DNA of 64,000 nt, from the NCBI GenBank assembly GCA_945872615.1, contig CAMBZZ010000004.1:80814-144813 (forward strand), given 5' to 3'. Positions 49,626 to 59,135 of this stretch are shown in pieces; positions within the stretch are counted from its first letter, which is position 1, and each line of letters opens with the position of its first letter. The DNA comes from an uncultured Clostridia bacterium. GTDB lineage: Bacteria > Bacillota > Clostridia > Christensenellales > UBA3700. Below the pieces are notes generated by a model, which was not told where the DNA came from, did no database searches, and saw only the letters and a list, made by a program, of their open reading frames with translations. Both the position numbers and the translations under genes were made by a program.

Positions 49626-50771
49626 TTAGGAAAACATAGCGACGAGCATGCGCTGCATGTCCGTATAGGTGACGTTGGTATAGATAATATTGCCATCCTC
49701 GTCCTTGCCCGCCTCTTCGCCGTCGATAGTTTGAAAATAGCTATCGCTTCCGCTTTGACCGTTGAGCTTGAGATATAAATCGTTGAAAAAGTCCCCTATC
49801 TCGTCAAACAAAGTAAATTGCGACCAAAACTCTCGCTCTCGAACAATATCGGCTTGGGCAACTTGCGGTATCGTGCGTGAGAGTGTGTGCGAAAAATTGT
49901 TGCTGTAGATAAGCGCGCCGTTGAGATAATAATAACTGTTGAGATAACCGCAATAGCGTAGATAATCGTCGCCTGACGTGAGCAAGACGTACACCGCCAC
50001 GAGATTGGCATAGTCTTCCCTCATAACGCCGCAAGTATGGGCAAGTTCGTGCGCCATAGCAAAGGCTACGTCGGTATAAGGGGCGTTGGCGTTGACGGTG
50101 GCTTCTCCAAACGGCATAAAAGTTATACCTACGATGTGATTGTGGCTCATAATCGTGCTGAATGCCGAAGCTTTGACACGCTTGCCACACTTGCCAAAGT
50201 ATCCCTCGTCCAGTCTATCAAACTGAGCAGAGATGAGACTAGAAAGCTCGTCAAAATCATACGGGCATATAGACCTACCCTCGTCGTCAACGGCTATCTT
50301 TCCGCTAACCTCGGCAAAAGCCGCGTCAAAATTGCCCACGCAATCTACGACTTTGTCCGAAGTCACGAGCGAGTTGTCTATGCTAGGCAAAGGCGGTGCG
50401 GCTCGATTGTAAGCTACCGTAGCGGTGGAAACGTAAACACAAACAATGACCATTACCGCTACAAGCGTACTCAAAAACAATCTACCTGCCTTGAAAAACT
50501 TCTTTTTGGCAAGCAAGACTATGCAAATAATCACTATTGTAATGAGGGCGGTTACGACCAAAAAACAAGACCATTCGAATACGCTGAAAGGCAGTAAGGA
50601 CATTGCCTTGCCTACTCCGTCGCTCCATATTCTCCCCCACGTCGTAGTCAAGATTTCGGCTACCGACGAAATCTTGGAAAGCAAAACAAAAACCATACTA
50701 ACCAAAATCAACGACAATAATATTGCCGTGAGGTGAAGCAGAGTGATTTTTTGTCTCAGTCGCTGTTGCAT
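49626..50771 (-). CDS. DUF3810-type membrane protein with a zincin HExxH motif
   Basis: It has N-terminal TM helices and AMAHELAHTCG. The track start at 50807 is TTG, and the first ATG is at 50771. Confidence 0.7.
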   Translation of the reverse strand: MQQRLRQKITLLHLTAILLSLILVSMVFVLLSKISSVAEILTTTWGRIWSDGVGKAMSLLPFSVFEWSCFLVVTALITIVIICIVLLAKKKFFKAGRLFLSTLVAVMVIVCVYVSTATVAYNRAAPPLPSIDNSLVTSDKVVDCVGNFDAAFAEVSGKIAVDDEGRSICPYDFDELSSLISAQFDRLDEGYFGKCGKRVKASAFSTIMSHNHIVGITFMPFGEATVNANAPYTDVAFAMAHELAHTCGVMREDYANLVAVYVLLTSGDDYLRYCGYLNSYYYLNGALIYSNNFSHTLSRTIPQVAQADIVREREFWSQFTLFDEIGDFFNDLYLKLNGQSGSDSYFQTIDGEEAGKDEDGNIIYTNVTYTDMQRMLVAMFS

Positions 50772-50778
50772 ATTATAT

Positions 50779-50807
50779 ATTATACAATTTTGTATTGGGT
50801 TTGGCAA
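50779..50807 (-). promoter_or_regulatory. Sigma-A promoter placed to give a leaderless DUF3810 mRNA
   Basis: Minus strand reads TTGCCA, a 17-nt spacer, TATAAT, 7 nt, then the ATG at 50771. No SD is present. Confidence 0.45.
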
Positions 50808-50812
50808 GTTAA

Positions 50813-50843
50813 GAAAAAAATCAGCCGAAGGCGAGTTCGGCTG
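50813..50843 (-). terminator. Rho-independent terminator after the Cys-rich ORF
   Basis: Minus strand reads CAGCCGAA-ctcgcc-TTCGGCTG-ATTTTTTT. Confidence 0.75.
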
Positions 50844-50885
50844 AAAATTGCTATGGTATTATATCGTTATAGTGTTGGTCGATAT

Positions 50886-51176
50886 TCATCTGCCGTATCG
50901 GTCGCCTCCGTGACGACAACAATCTCCAAGCATTGTCCCTATAAGCAGACCTATCAAAAGGTCGCTGCAACAACCTTGGCTACCGTGTCTTGGCGGTGGA
51001 CGCCTATCACAATCGGATGAACGACAATCTCGTCCGTGGTCTCTCAGGCAGCCTCGTCCACAGTCGTGAGACCCGCGGCAATCGCGACGGCAATCGTTAT
51101 CGCGTCTATCGCATCCGCCAATATTGCATCTATCGTGGCAAGCGCCACACTTTGGTCTGTACGGAAACTTGTGCAT
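50886..51176 (-). CDS. Small Cys/Arg/Asp/Gly-rich protein (96 aa) with a short C-terminal hydrophobic segment
   Basis: The SD GAGGAGG lies 5 nt before the ATG. There are 14 Cys, many in DC/RC/GC dipeptides. The ORF starts 36 nt downstream of spoIVA and is followed by its own terminator. Confidence 0.6.
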   Translation of the reverse strand: MHKFPYRPKCGACHDRCNIGGCDRRDNDCRRDCRGSHDCGRGCLRDHGRDCRSSDCDRRPPPRHGSQGCCSDLLIGLLIGTMLGDCCRHGGDRYGR

Positions 51177-51212
51177 AATTCCTCCTCACAGCCCCGTACA
51201 TTATATGCTAAA

Positions 51213-52688
51213 TCAAAGTAAGATGCACACTACTCCGCCTTTGCCCTCGTTGACGATTTTGGTGACCGTTCTTCTCAGTTTGTCACGCGCGTCTTGTGGC
51301 ATGTTGCCGAGTTTGGCTCCGATATTTTCTTTGGCGAGAGTGTCGAGAGTTTTGCCGAGCATATTGGTCTTCCACAATTCCATTGCGTCTTCGCCAAAGT
51401 CTTGCAACCACGCTTTGAGAATTTCTTCGTTTTGCGCCTCGGTGCCGATGATTGGATTGACTTCGGCATCTACGTCCACCTTCATAATATGCAAAGCAGG
51501 GGCTTTGGCTCTTAGTTTGACGCCGTATCTCGAGCCGCGCTTGATTATCTCGGGAGGAGCCAGCTCCATATCTTCAACCCCCGGCATGACGATACCGTAG
51601 CCGTAATTGTCTACGTCTTGGAGCGCCGACTTGATGCGATCGAATTCCGCCTTGGCGCCCGCAAGTTGTTTGATATATGATATGAGGACGAATTCGTCTG
51701 CAATGTCCACGCCGCTTTGCTCCGACAAAACCTTGTAAAACAAGTGCTCTTTGGGTTGGAGGGTCAAGCTGCACTTGCCTTTGCCGTAATCTACCGCGAG
51801 TTGTCCGCCAAGCAAATATTCGTCGTCGTCAAAGAGCGTCTTGAGAGTTTCGCAATCTTTCATTTTGACGACCTGTGTCGAGATCTCTGCCATTTTCGCT
51901 ATGATATGGCTGATGATTTCGCTGTTTCTCGGCAATGCTTGCAACCAATTAGGCATCTTGGCTTCTATAAGCTTGGTAGGGAATTCTTTGAGTACGCTCT
52001 CCAAAAGTTGTACCATATCGTCGGCAGTCATTTGAAGGACGTTTTTGAGTATTACCATACAGTCGTATTTTTCTCTAAGTTGGTCTCTTAGGCGTTTGCT
52101 GTCGCTGTCGTCGGGATTTTTGCAGTTGAGCAAAATTACGAATGGCTTGCCCGTCTCTTTGACGTCGGCAATGACTTTTTCTTCGCTCTCGACGTAAGCC
52201 CCACGGTCTATTCCGCTGATTGAGCCGTCGGTAGTGACTACGACACCTATGGTCGAATGGTCGTTGATGACCTTCTTGGTGCCCAAAGTCGCAGCCTTGT
52301 CAAACTCCATTTCTTCGTCGCTCCAAGGTGTGGTGACCATTCTCGCCTTGCCCATTTCGTCCAGCCCAACTGCCCCTTGAATAGGATAACCGACGCAATC
52401 TACAAGTCTTATGCCCGCGCTGACGCCCTCACCCAAATAGATTTTTTCGCCCGATTCGGGTACGAATTTAGGCTGAGTAGTCATGATGGTCTTGCCGTCG
52501 CCCGACTGAGGCAGTTCGTCGATTATTCTCTGTTTGCGATGATTGTCCTCAATCTCCGGCAATACCAGCGTCTGCATAAATTTGCTGATAAAAGACGACT
52601 TACCTACTCTTACGGGACCTACTACTCCGATATAAATATCGCCGTCGGTGCGTGTGGCAATATCTTGATAAAGGTCGAATTTATCCAT
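51213..52688 (-). CDS. spoIVA: Stage IV sporulation protein A (spore coat basement-layer ATPase)
   Basis: MDKFDLYQDIATRTDGDIYIGVVGPVRVGKSSFI carries the Walker A of SpoIVA, and the length is about 491 aa. The ATG at 52688 follows GGAGGG. The track start at 52700 is TTG. Confidence 0.95.
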   Translation of the reverse strand: MDKFDLYQDIATRTDGDIYIGVVGPVRVGKSSFISKFMQTLVLPEIEDNHRKQRIIDELPQSGDGKTIMTTQPKFVPESGEKIYLGEGVSAGIRLVDCVGYPIQGAVGLDEMGKARMVTTPWSDEEMEFDKAATLGTKKVINDHSTIGVVVTTDGSISGIDRGAYVESEEKVIADVKETGKPFVILLNCKNPDDSDSKRLRDQLREKYDCMVILKNVLQMTADDMVQLLESVLKEFPTKLIEAKMPNWLQALPRNSEIISHIIAKMAEISTQVVKMKDCETLKTLFDDDEYLLGGQLAVDYGKGKCSLTLQPKEHLFYKVLSEQSGVDIADEFVLISYIKQLAGAKAEFDRIKSALQDVDNYGYGIVMPGVEDMELAPPEIIKRGSRYGVKLRAKAPALHIMKVDVDAEVNPIIGTEAQNEEILKAWLQDFGEDAMELWKTNMLGKTLDTLAKENIGAKLGNMPQDARDKLRRTVTKIVNEGKGGVVCILL

Positions 52689-52716
52689 ATTTCCCTCCAA
52701 ATATCTTGTTCCCTAA

Positions 52717-52745
52717 ATTGTATGACACCCTAGAGCGAGATATGC
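52717..52745 (-). promoter_or_regulatory. Sigma-E-type (mother-cell) promoter upstream of spoIVA
   Basis: Minus strand reads GCATATC (52745-52739), a 14-nt spacer, then CATACAAT (52724-52717). This matches the sigma-E consensus (kmATATT ... CATACAnT). Confidence 0.6.
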
Positions 52746-52763
52746 AAACGGGACGAAAATAGT

Positions 52764-52797
52764 CAAAATAAAAGTGCAACCGTATTGGATTGCACTT
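52764..52797 (-). terminator. Rho-independent terminator of the hydrogenase-like gene
   Basis: Minus strand reads AGTGCAA-tccaatacgg-TTGCACT-TTTATTTT. Confidence 0.7.
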
Positions 52798-52858
52798 AGA
52801 ATGCCATATTATTTGACATATATGCCCGATTATCGACGCTTATTGTCTCCCACGTCAA

Positions 52859-54379
52859 CTACTCGGTTTTGTCGTCCTTGTCGGCTTTGGCGGTTTGGAT
52901 TTCTTCGGGCAGTTGTTTGCAGAAGCCTTCGCCCGATTTGTCAAAACTTTGCTCGTACAGCTTGACTGCCCTGTCTATGTCCTTATGTTCCGCACTCATG
53001 CTATACTTGTCTATATCCATAATATTCTTCATATCGTGGTGCAAGCACAAAGCGCCGTTGAGACAACCGCCGTCGCACGCCATGCCTTCGAAGAAGTTTT
53101 CGGTAGCGCGACCGAGCTTGAGCTTGAGAAGCCCCGCTCTACACTCGTCAATGCCGCTCATGGCGAGAGGCTTGATGTCATTAACGCCCATAGACGCGGC
53201 AATGGAGATGACGTCGTGCGCTATACCGCCACTCTTGGCAAATACTCTGCCGAAGAAGGAGCCGTCGTTGATTGCCGTCTCTTCGAGGTCGGCAAGTTCG
53301 ATGTCTCTTGCATCCAAAAAGGCTTGCAATTCTTCAAACGAGATGACGCAGTCCACGGCACCTTGGGTCTTATAAAGTCTGTATTCCAACTTTTTGCTGG
53401 TACAAGGTCCTATAAATATCGTCTTGGCGGTAGGCTCCATACGTTTGATGAGTTGCGCCGTCTCCACCATTGGCGATACCGAACTAGATACGTATTGCTT
53501 GAGTTCGGGGAAGTTCTTTTCGATAAACATAACGAAAGACGGACAACACGAAGTGGTCATAAGTCCCTTTTCTTTGAACTCGTGCGCCTCTTTGTGCAAA
53601 GTTATGTCTGCGCCCAAAGCCGCCTCCACTACGTCGGCAAAGCCGAGCTTCTTGATGCCCGTGATGACTTGACCGAGTTTGGCGTGCTTGAATTGGCTGG
53701 CTATAGCAGGAGCTACGATGGCGTAGACCTTGTACTCCTTATTGTTCTTGGAATTGTTGAGAATGTCGATGGCGTTGAGAATGAGCGACTTGTCTACTAT
53801 CGCGCCGAAAGGACATTGATATACGCACGCTCCGCAAGCGATGCACTTGGAGTTGTCAATCTGCGCCTTGTTGTGCTCGTCCATAGATATTGCCTTGACC
53901 TTGCAACTTTGCACGCAAGGACGGTGTTGGTCGATGATTGCGTTGTAAGGACACGCCTTGGCGCATCTGCCGCATCTGATACATTTGTCCATGTCGATGA
54001 CGGGCTTGTTGTCTACGATAGTGATGGCGTCCTTAGGACAGCTCTCCTTGCACTTGTGGACGATACAACCACGACATGCAGGGGTAATGTACATACCGCT
54101 GATAGGACATTCGTCACACGCTACGTCGATGACTTCCACTATATTAGGATTGGACTTATCGCCACCGAGCGCCATTTTGATACGCTCTTGCACGATTGCC
54201 CTCTCCTTGTATATGCAACATCTCATCGTCGCCTTAGGTCCCGGGGATATAATCTTAGGAATGTCCACGTAAATGCCCGACATATCGCCCTTGTCGTATG
54301 CCTTAATCATTTCTTTGAGCACCTTGTATTTGAGGTACTGTACCTTGGTATCGAATTTGCTTACTACGTTGTTTGCCAT
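52859..54379 (-). CDS. [FeFe]-hydrogenase-family protein: N-terminal Fe-S/ferredoxin domains plus an H-cluster domain
   Basis: 506 aa. CIRCGRCAKACP and CIACGACVYQCP are 4Fe-4S motifs. The H-cluster motifs are TSCCPSF (L1), GPCTSKKLE (L2) and EGMACDGGCLNG (L3). Confidence 0.75.
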   Translation of the reverse strand: MANNVVSKFDTKVQYLKYKVLKEMIKAYDKGDMSGIYVDIPKIISPGPKATMRCCIYKERAIVQERIKMALGGDKSNPNIVEVIDVACDECPISGMYITPACRGCIVHKCKESCPKDAITIVDNKPVIDMDKCIRCGRCAKACPYNAIIDQHRPCVQSCKVKAISMDEHNKAQIDNSKCIACGACVYQCPFGAIVDKSLILNAIDILNNSKNNKEYKVYAIVAPAIASQFKHAKLGQVITGIKKLGFADVVEAALGADITLHKEAHEFKEKGLMTTSCCPSFVMFIEKNFPELKQYVSSSVSPMVETAQLIKRMEPTAKTIFIGPCTSKKLEYRLYKTQGAVDCVISFEELQAFLDARDIELADLEETAINDGSFFGRVFAKSGGIAHDVISIAASMGVNDIKPLAMSGIDECRAGLLKLKLGRATENFFEGMACDGGCLNGALCLHHDMKNIMDIDKYSMSAEHKDIDRAVKLYEQSFDKSGEGFCKQLPEEIQTAKADKDDKTE

Positions 54380-54921
54380 TATTTTATTTCCTCTGTGATA
54401 ATCGTTTTGTCGGTATCGAGCTCTTTGAGCGATATAGCGTTGCCCTCAACGATGAGATAGCCGTGAGGTTGTCCTTCCTTAGGCAACGAAGCCGAGCTTG
54501 GATTGGCTACGACTATACCGTTTTTGTCCACGATAAAGCCTTGATGAAAGTGTCCGTACACCATTACGTCGCCCTTGAATGCGGGCATAGCGTCTATATT
54601 GTGGATATGTCCGTGCGTGGCGAAAACCTTGATTCCGTCCACCTCTACCAGCGCTTGATTGACGAAGGTAAAATCGGAAATCATTTGGTCTACTTCGCTG
54701 TCACAGTTGCCCTTGACTACTATTAGCTTGTCAGCTAACGAATTGAGAATTTCGGCAACCCTCATCGGTGCATAGTCCTTAGGAAAAGGATTGCGCGGTC
54801 CGTGGTTGTATATATCTCCGAGCAACAACAGTATATCTGCCTTTTCTTGCTCGAATTTTTCTTTGATAAGACCGGCGTAATACGCCGAGCCGTGTATATC
54901 CGAAGCGATGAACAGTTTCAT
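54379..54921 (-). CDS. yfcE: YfcE-family metallophosphoesterase
   Basis: 180 aa. ASDIHGS, LLLGDIYNHGPRNP, GNCD and THGH are motifs of the MJ0936/YfcE family. Confidence 0.85.
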   Translation of the reverse strand: MKLFIASDIHGSAYYAGLIKEKFEQEKADILLLLGDIYNHGPRNPFPKDYAPMRVAEILNSLADKLIVVKGNCDSEVDQMISDFTFVNQALVEVDGIKVFATHGHIHNIDAMPAFKGDVMVYGHFHQGFIVDKNGIVVANPSSASLPKEGQPHGYLIVEGNAISLKELDTDKTIITEEIK

Positions 54922-54922
54922 A

Positions 54923-56188
54923 TTACAACTCCAAAAGCTTCTCGAGTACGGCGACTTTGATACAACATACCAATATCTTGACGGCTACCGCTAAGTCGCT
55001 GTCGGAGGTAAAGGTTGGGGCAATACGCAAGGTCTTGTCGTCGTCGTCCACTCCGTAAGGGAAAGGCGCTCCCGCAGGGGTGATAGTCAAACCTGCCTTC
55101 TTGCACAACTCGCCCACTCTCGAAGCGCAACCCGGATAGGTGTCGAGAGTAATGAAGTATCCTCCCTTTGGATTGGTCCAAGTGCACACGCCGTTGTCCG
55201 CCCCGAAATTCTCTTCCAAAGCGCCGATAACGGTATCGAATTTCGGTTTGATGACTTGCATTTGCTTCTTCATAATCTCGGCGATATTGTCCACGCTCTT
55301 GAGATACAGATAGTGCATATATTGCGACACTTTGTTGTAGCTGATAGTCTGATAAGTGAGGTGCGACAATATATCCTTGACGTTGTTGGCGCTAGCCGCA
55401 ATGCATGCGACACCCGCTCCCGCAAAGGTAATCTTGGAAGTAGAGGTAAACTCGTACACTCTATCTTCGTTGCCAGCCTCGATGCAAGCTTGCATGATAT
55501 TTTTGAGTACGTCGGGGGTGTCGGTCAACTCGTGCACGCAATAGGCGTTGTCCCAGAAGATACGGAAATCGCTAGCCTTGGTCTTCATATTGGCAAGACG
55601 AGTGACGACTTCGTCGCTGTAAGTAATACCCGTAGGATTGCTGTACTTAGGCACGCACCAGATACCCTTGATAGACTCGTCGCTCTCTACGAGCTTTTCT
55701 ACCAAATCCATATTAGGTCCTTGCTCGGTCATGTTGACGCTAATCATCTCTATGCCAAAGTGTTGAAGTATGCCGAAATGTCTGTCGTAACCCGGCACGG
55801 GACATATAAACTTGATAGGAGAAGAATTCCAAGGTTTGCCACCGCAAACGCCGAATTGGAGATTGCGTTGGATAGTGTCGTACATGAGATTGAGGCTCGA
55901 CGAACCGCCCACGATTACGTTGTCGGGTTTGACCCCCAAAATCTCGGCGAAAAGTCCTCTCATCTCGGGTATGCCCTCGAGCATTCCGTAGTTGCGGTAA
56001 CTCTTAGGCATTGCTTTGAGTTGCTCTGCCATATCCAGCATAGGCATGGCTATGTCGAGTTGTTCGTTGCAAGGCTTGCCTCTGGCTATGTCAACCTTGT
56101 TGCTCTCGGCGACTATGGCGTCGTAGTTTCTTCTCTCCTGCGCAAGATAATTGGTAAGTTCTTCTTTGGTCAATGACAAATAATTCAT
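54923..56188 (-). CDS. PLP-dependent aminotransferase (class I/II fold)
   Basis: The ATG at 56188 follows AAGGAG. PKYSNPTG...FWDNAYCVHE...TSTSKITFAGAGV holds the PLP-Lys region. Confidence 0.75.
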   Translation of the reverse strand: MNYLSLTKEELTNYLAQERRNYDAIVAESNKVDIARGKPCNEQLDIAMPMLDMAEQLKAMPKSYRNYGMLEGIPEMRGLFAEILGVKPDNVIVGGSSSLNLMYDTIQRNLQFGVCGGKPWNSSPIKFICPVPGYDRHFGILQHFGIEMISVNMTEQGPNMDLVEKLVESDESIKGIWCVPKYSNPTGITYSDEVVTRLANMKTKASDFRIFWDNAYCVHELTDTPDVLKNIMQACIEAGNEDRVYEFTSTSKITFAGAGVACIAASANNVKDILSHLTYQTISYNKVSQYMHYLYLKSVDNIAEIMKKQMQVIKPKFDTVIGALEENFGADNGVCTWTNPKGGYFITLDTYPGCASRVGELCKKAGLTITPAGAPFPYGVDDDDKTLRIAPTFTSDSDLAVAVKILVCCIKVAVLEKLLEL

Positions 56189-56243
56189 ACTCTCTCCTTT
56201 TTGCATAAATTTTAGCATATCGTTAACTAATTAACAACTAAAA

Positions 56244-57563
56244 TCATATATCTTTTTCACTCTTATTGCGTACTATTATCCTTATAGGCGTGCCCTTGAA
56301 AGTAAAAGCTTTGCGAAGGGCGTTTTCGAGATAGCGTTGGTAACTAAAGTGCAATAGATTGGTATCGTTGACAAAGAACACGAAGGTAGGCGGATTGGTA
56401 GAAGCTTGGGTGACGTAGTAGACCTTGAGCCTCTTGCCGTTGTCTGACGGAGGCTCTACAGCTATGGTCGCGTCTTGCACCACGTCGTTGAGTACGCCCG
56501 TGGCAATTCGCTTACTTGCCTCTTCGTACACTTCCAATGCCTTGATTAGCAACTTCTCTATCCTCTGTCCCGTCTTGGCGGAAACGTATTCCGACACAAA
56601 ATAGTCCATAAACTTGAGCTGAGTCAAAATCTTGTTGTTGAAAGTGTTGACGGTGTAAGTATCCTTTTCGATAGTATCCCACTTGTTCATGACGATGACG
56701 GACGGTTTGCCTTGCTCGTGTGCGTAACCGCATATCTTGACGTCTTGTTCGCTAAGTCCTTCTTGTGCGTCAATCACCACGAGAACGACGTCGGCTCTGC
56801 GTATTGCCGCCAGAGAACGCATTACGCTGTACTGTTCCACGCCCTCTTCGACGCTTGACTTTTTGCGTATGCCCGCCGTATCTATTATATTAAACTTTTT
56901 GCCTTGCCACTCAAAATCCGTGTCGATAGCGTCACGGGTAGTGCCCGCGATATTGCTGACGATAACTCTGTCGTAGCCCAAAATGCGGTTGGTGATAGAA
57001 GATTTGCCCGCGTTAGGTTTGCCCACGATAGCCACGTTGAGTTTGCCTTGGTCTTGCTGTATATCGTACTTAGGAAGATGTTCCACTACTTCGTCGAGCA
57101 AGTCGCCTATACCCTTGGACTGCTCCGCCGATATTGCGACAACGGTGCCAAGTCCCAATTCGTAAAAATCAAAGGAATTTTCCGTCTCGTTGTTGTCAAG
57201 CTTGTTGACGGCTACGACGATAGGCTTGTTGCAACCACGCAAAAACTCCGCCACTTCGTAGTCGTTGGCGGTCAATCCGCTCTTGCCGTCGGCAACGTAA
57301 ATTATTACGTCGGCTATGTCGACTGCCATTTGGGCTTGAGTGCGAATGTGCTGCCACATTTTGTCTTGGCTCTTGATTTCTAAGCCTCCCGTGTCAACCA
57401 AAGTAAAGTTGTACCCGCACCACTCTGCGTCGCAATACAACCTATCTCGGGTCACGCCCTCCATATCTTCTACTATACTAACTTTTTTGCCGACTATTCG
57501 GTTGAACAGCGTGGACTTGCCCACGTTGGGTCTACCGACAATAGCCACGAGCGGTTTACTCAT
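56244..57563 (-). CDS. der: Ribosome-biogenesis GTPase Der/EngA (tandem G domains)
   Basis: 439 aa. It has two P-loops (GRPNVGKST and GKPNAGKSS) and a KH-like C-terminus. Confidence 0.95.
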   Translation of the reverse strand: MSKPLVAIVGRPNVGKSTLFNRIVGKKVSIVEDMEGVTRDRLYCDAEWCGYNFTLVDTGGLEIKSQDKMWQHIRTQAQMAVDIADVIIYVADGKSGLTANDYEVAEFLRGCNKPIVVAVNKLDNNETENSFDFYELGLGTVVAISAEQSKGIGDLLDEVVEHLPKYDIQQDQGKLNVAIVGKPNAGKSSITNRILGYDRVIVSNIAGTTRDAIDTDFEWQGKKFNIIDTAGIRKKSSVEEGVEQYSVMRSLAAIRRADVVLVVIDAQEGLSEQDVKICGYAHEQGKPSVIVMNKWDTIEKDTYTVNTFNNKILTQLKFMDYFVSEYVSAKTGQRIEKLLIKALEVYEEASKRIATGVLNDVVQDATIAVEPPSDNGKRLKVYYVTQASTNPPTFVFFVNDTNLLHFSYQRYLENALRKAFTFKGTPIRIIVRNKSEKDI

Positions 57564-58845
57564 TTGCCACCTCTCCGATTATTTTGATAACGTCTCCGCC
57601 TCCGCCGCTGACGTAGATCTTGCTGCCTAATTTTTCCGACAACTCCTCAACGCTCATTCCGTCCAAAAAAGTGGTAGTGAACTCTCTGAGCATATTGGCG
57701 GGAATGACTACCTGTCCGCACGGCTCTTGCACTTGCGCGATAATATCCTTAGCCGTGACAAGACCCGCTACCGTGATACTCTCGCCGAAATGGTCGTTGC
57801 GGATGGCGTGTACTCTATATTGTAAGCCTGAAAATTTGCTCTTTGCCCTCTCTAGCAAACCCGAAAGTATTTCGCAAAACGACTTGCCCGTGATAAAGTC
57901 TAGTTGAATCTGCTTGTCGGTTGGTTGGGCGGCTTGAAGTGCGTCGTCAAACTCTCTCTCGAACTGTGCGACTAAGCCGACACCGTTCTCAATCTGTCCG
58001 AAATCACCGTAACTATCGTAATTAGGAAGAGGTAACTCTGCCTTGAGATAGAACTCGTCCGAACAATAGCAAAAGCCTCCGCCGACGTGCTTGTCAAAGC
58101 CTTCTACCTGCTCTATCACCCCGCGGGCGCAATCCTTATCGATTGCTTGCAGCTTATACAATCCCTCTCTATGTCCGCTCAACCCCACGGGTATGACCGC
58201 TACCGATAGCAAGTTGGGTCTGAGGTCGTATAGGCGGCATAAGGTCTCTTGCAACTTTTCTCCGTCGTTGACGCCCTTACAAAGCACGATTTGGGCGTGC
58301 ATTTGAATACCGTGTTCCTTGAGATATTGCATCTTGTCGAAGAGCTCCGCCCCGTGTGGATTGGCAACCATCAACTTTTTGGTAGCCTTGTCGTAGCAAT
58401 GAACGGATATATACAACGGACTGAGCTTTAGTCTTGCGATACGCTCCAACTCCTTGTCTCCCACGTTGGTGAGAGTGACGTAGTTGCCGCTTACGAAGGA
58501 CAATCGATAGTCGTCGTCCTTGACGTATAGAGTATCTCTCATACCCTTAGGCAGTTGGTCGACGAAACAAAAGATACACTTGTTTTTGCACGGCATTACG
58601 TTGAGTTCCACACTCTCGTCGAGTGTAAGTCCCAACTTCTCGTCAACGTCCTTCTCTATCTCAACCTCGACGACGTCGCCTTGCTTGCTCTTGATATTCA
58701 TAACAAACTCTTCCTGGTCGTCGTAGTAGAGGTAGTCGAGAATATCGACAAGAGGATAGCCGTCAAAGCCCAAAAGCTCGTCGCCTACCTCAAGTCCTAT
58801 CTCCTTGCCTATGGAATTGTCGTCGATTGCAGTTATTTTTGCCAT
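57556..58845 (-). CDS. DUF512 protein: PDZ-like N-terminus plus a radical-SAM-like core
   Basis: 429 aa. IGLEVGDELLGFDG is PDZ-like, and CKNKCIFCFVDQLPKGMR is present. Its position upstream of der is conserved. Confidence 0.75.
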   Translation of the reverse strand: MAKITAIDDNSIGKEIGLEVGDELLGFDGYPLVDILDYLYYDDQEEFVMNIKSKQGDVVEVEIEKDVDEKLGLTLDESVELNVMPCKNKCIFCFVDQLPKGMRDTLYVKDDDYRLSFVSGNYVTLTNVGDKELERIARLKLSPLYISVHCYDKATKKLMVANPHGAELFDKMQYLKEHGIQMHAQIVLCKGVNDGEKLQETLCRLYDLRPNLLSVAVIPVGLSGHREGLYKLQAIDKDCARGVIEQVEGFDKHVGGGFCYCSDEFYLKAELPLPNYDSYGDFGQIENGVGLVAQFEREFDDALQAAQPTDKQIQLDFITGKSFCEILSGLLERAKSKFSGLQYRVHAIRNDHFGESITVAGLVTAKDIIAQVQEPCGQVVIPANMLREFTTTFLDGMSVEELSEKLGSKIYVSGGGGDVIKIIGEVANE

Positions 58846-59135
58846 AATTCACCTATGGGGATTATATAATATTATTATTTCAAAGTAAAGTAAATTTCGC
58901 CTAAGCGCAATAAGTAGAAAATGAAAAATATGTCAAAATTGCGCCGAGCACGCTTTTTTAGCATCTAAAATACTAAATATTACCGCAAAGTGACTTGCCG
59001 ACGATCGCAAACTGATAAAAACATCACTAATATTGCCGAGTGACAGAAAAATCTCGTTGCGATAGGCGGGTGAATATGCGAAGCCGACAAAGTATATCGT
59101 CAATTAGATAAGCAAGAAAAATATCTCGAAACATA

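Noticed and set aside
50733-51221. Plus-strand ORFs overlapping the Cys-rich gene: 50733..51020, 50990..51178 and 51036..51221.
   Set aside because: The segment lacks stop codons in several frames because of its CG-rich repetitive composition. Only the minus-strand frame has a strong SD, an ATG and a downstream terminator.
52895-54460. A 521-aa plus-strand ORF, the longest plus-strand ORF in the window.
   Set aside because: It lies exactly antisense to the hydrogenase-like gene, whose minus-strand translation carries clear ferredoxin and H-cluster motifs. The plus-strand product has a typical shadow composition (L/V/R/H-rich) with no motif and no SD.
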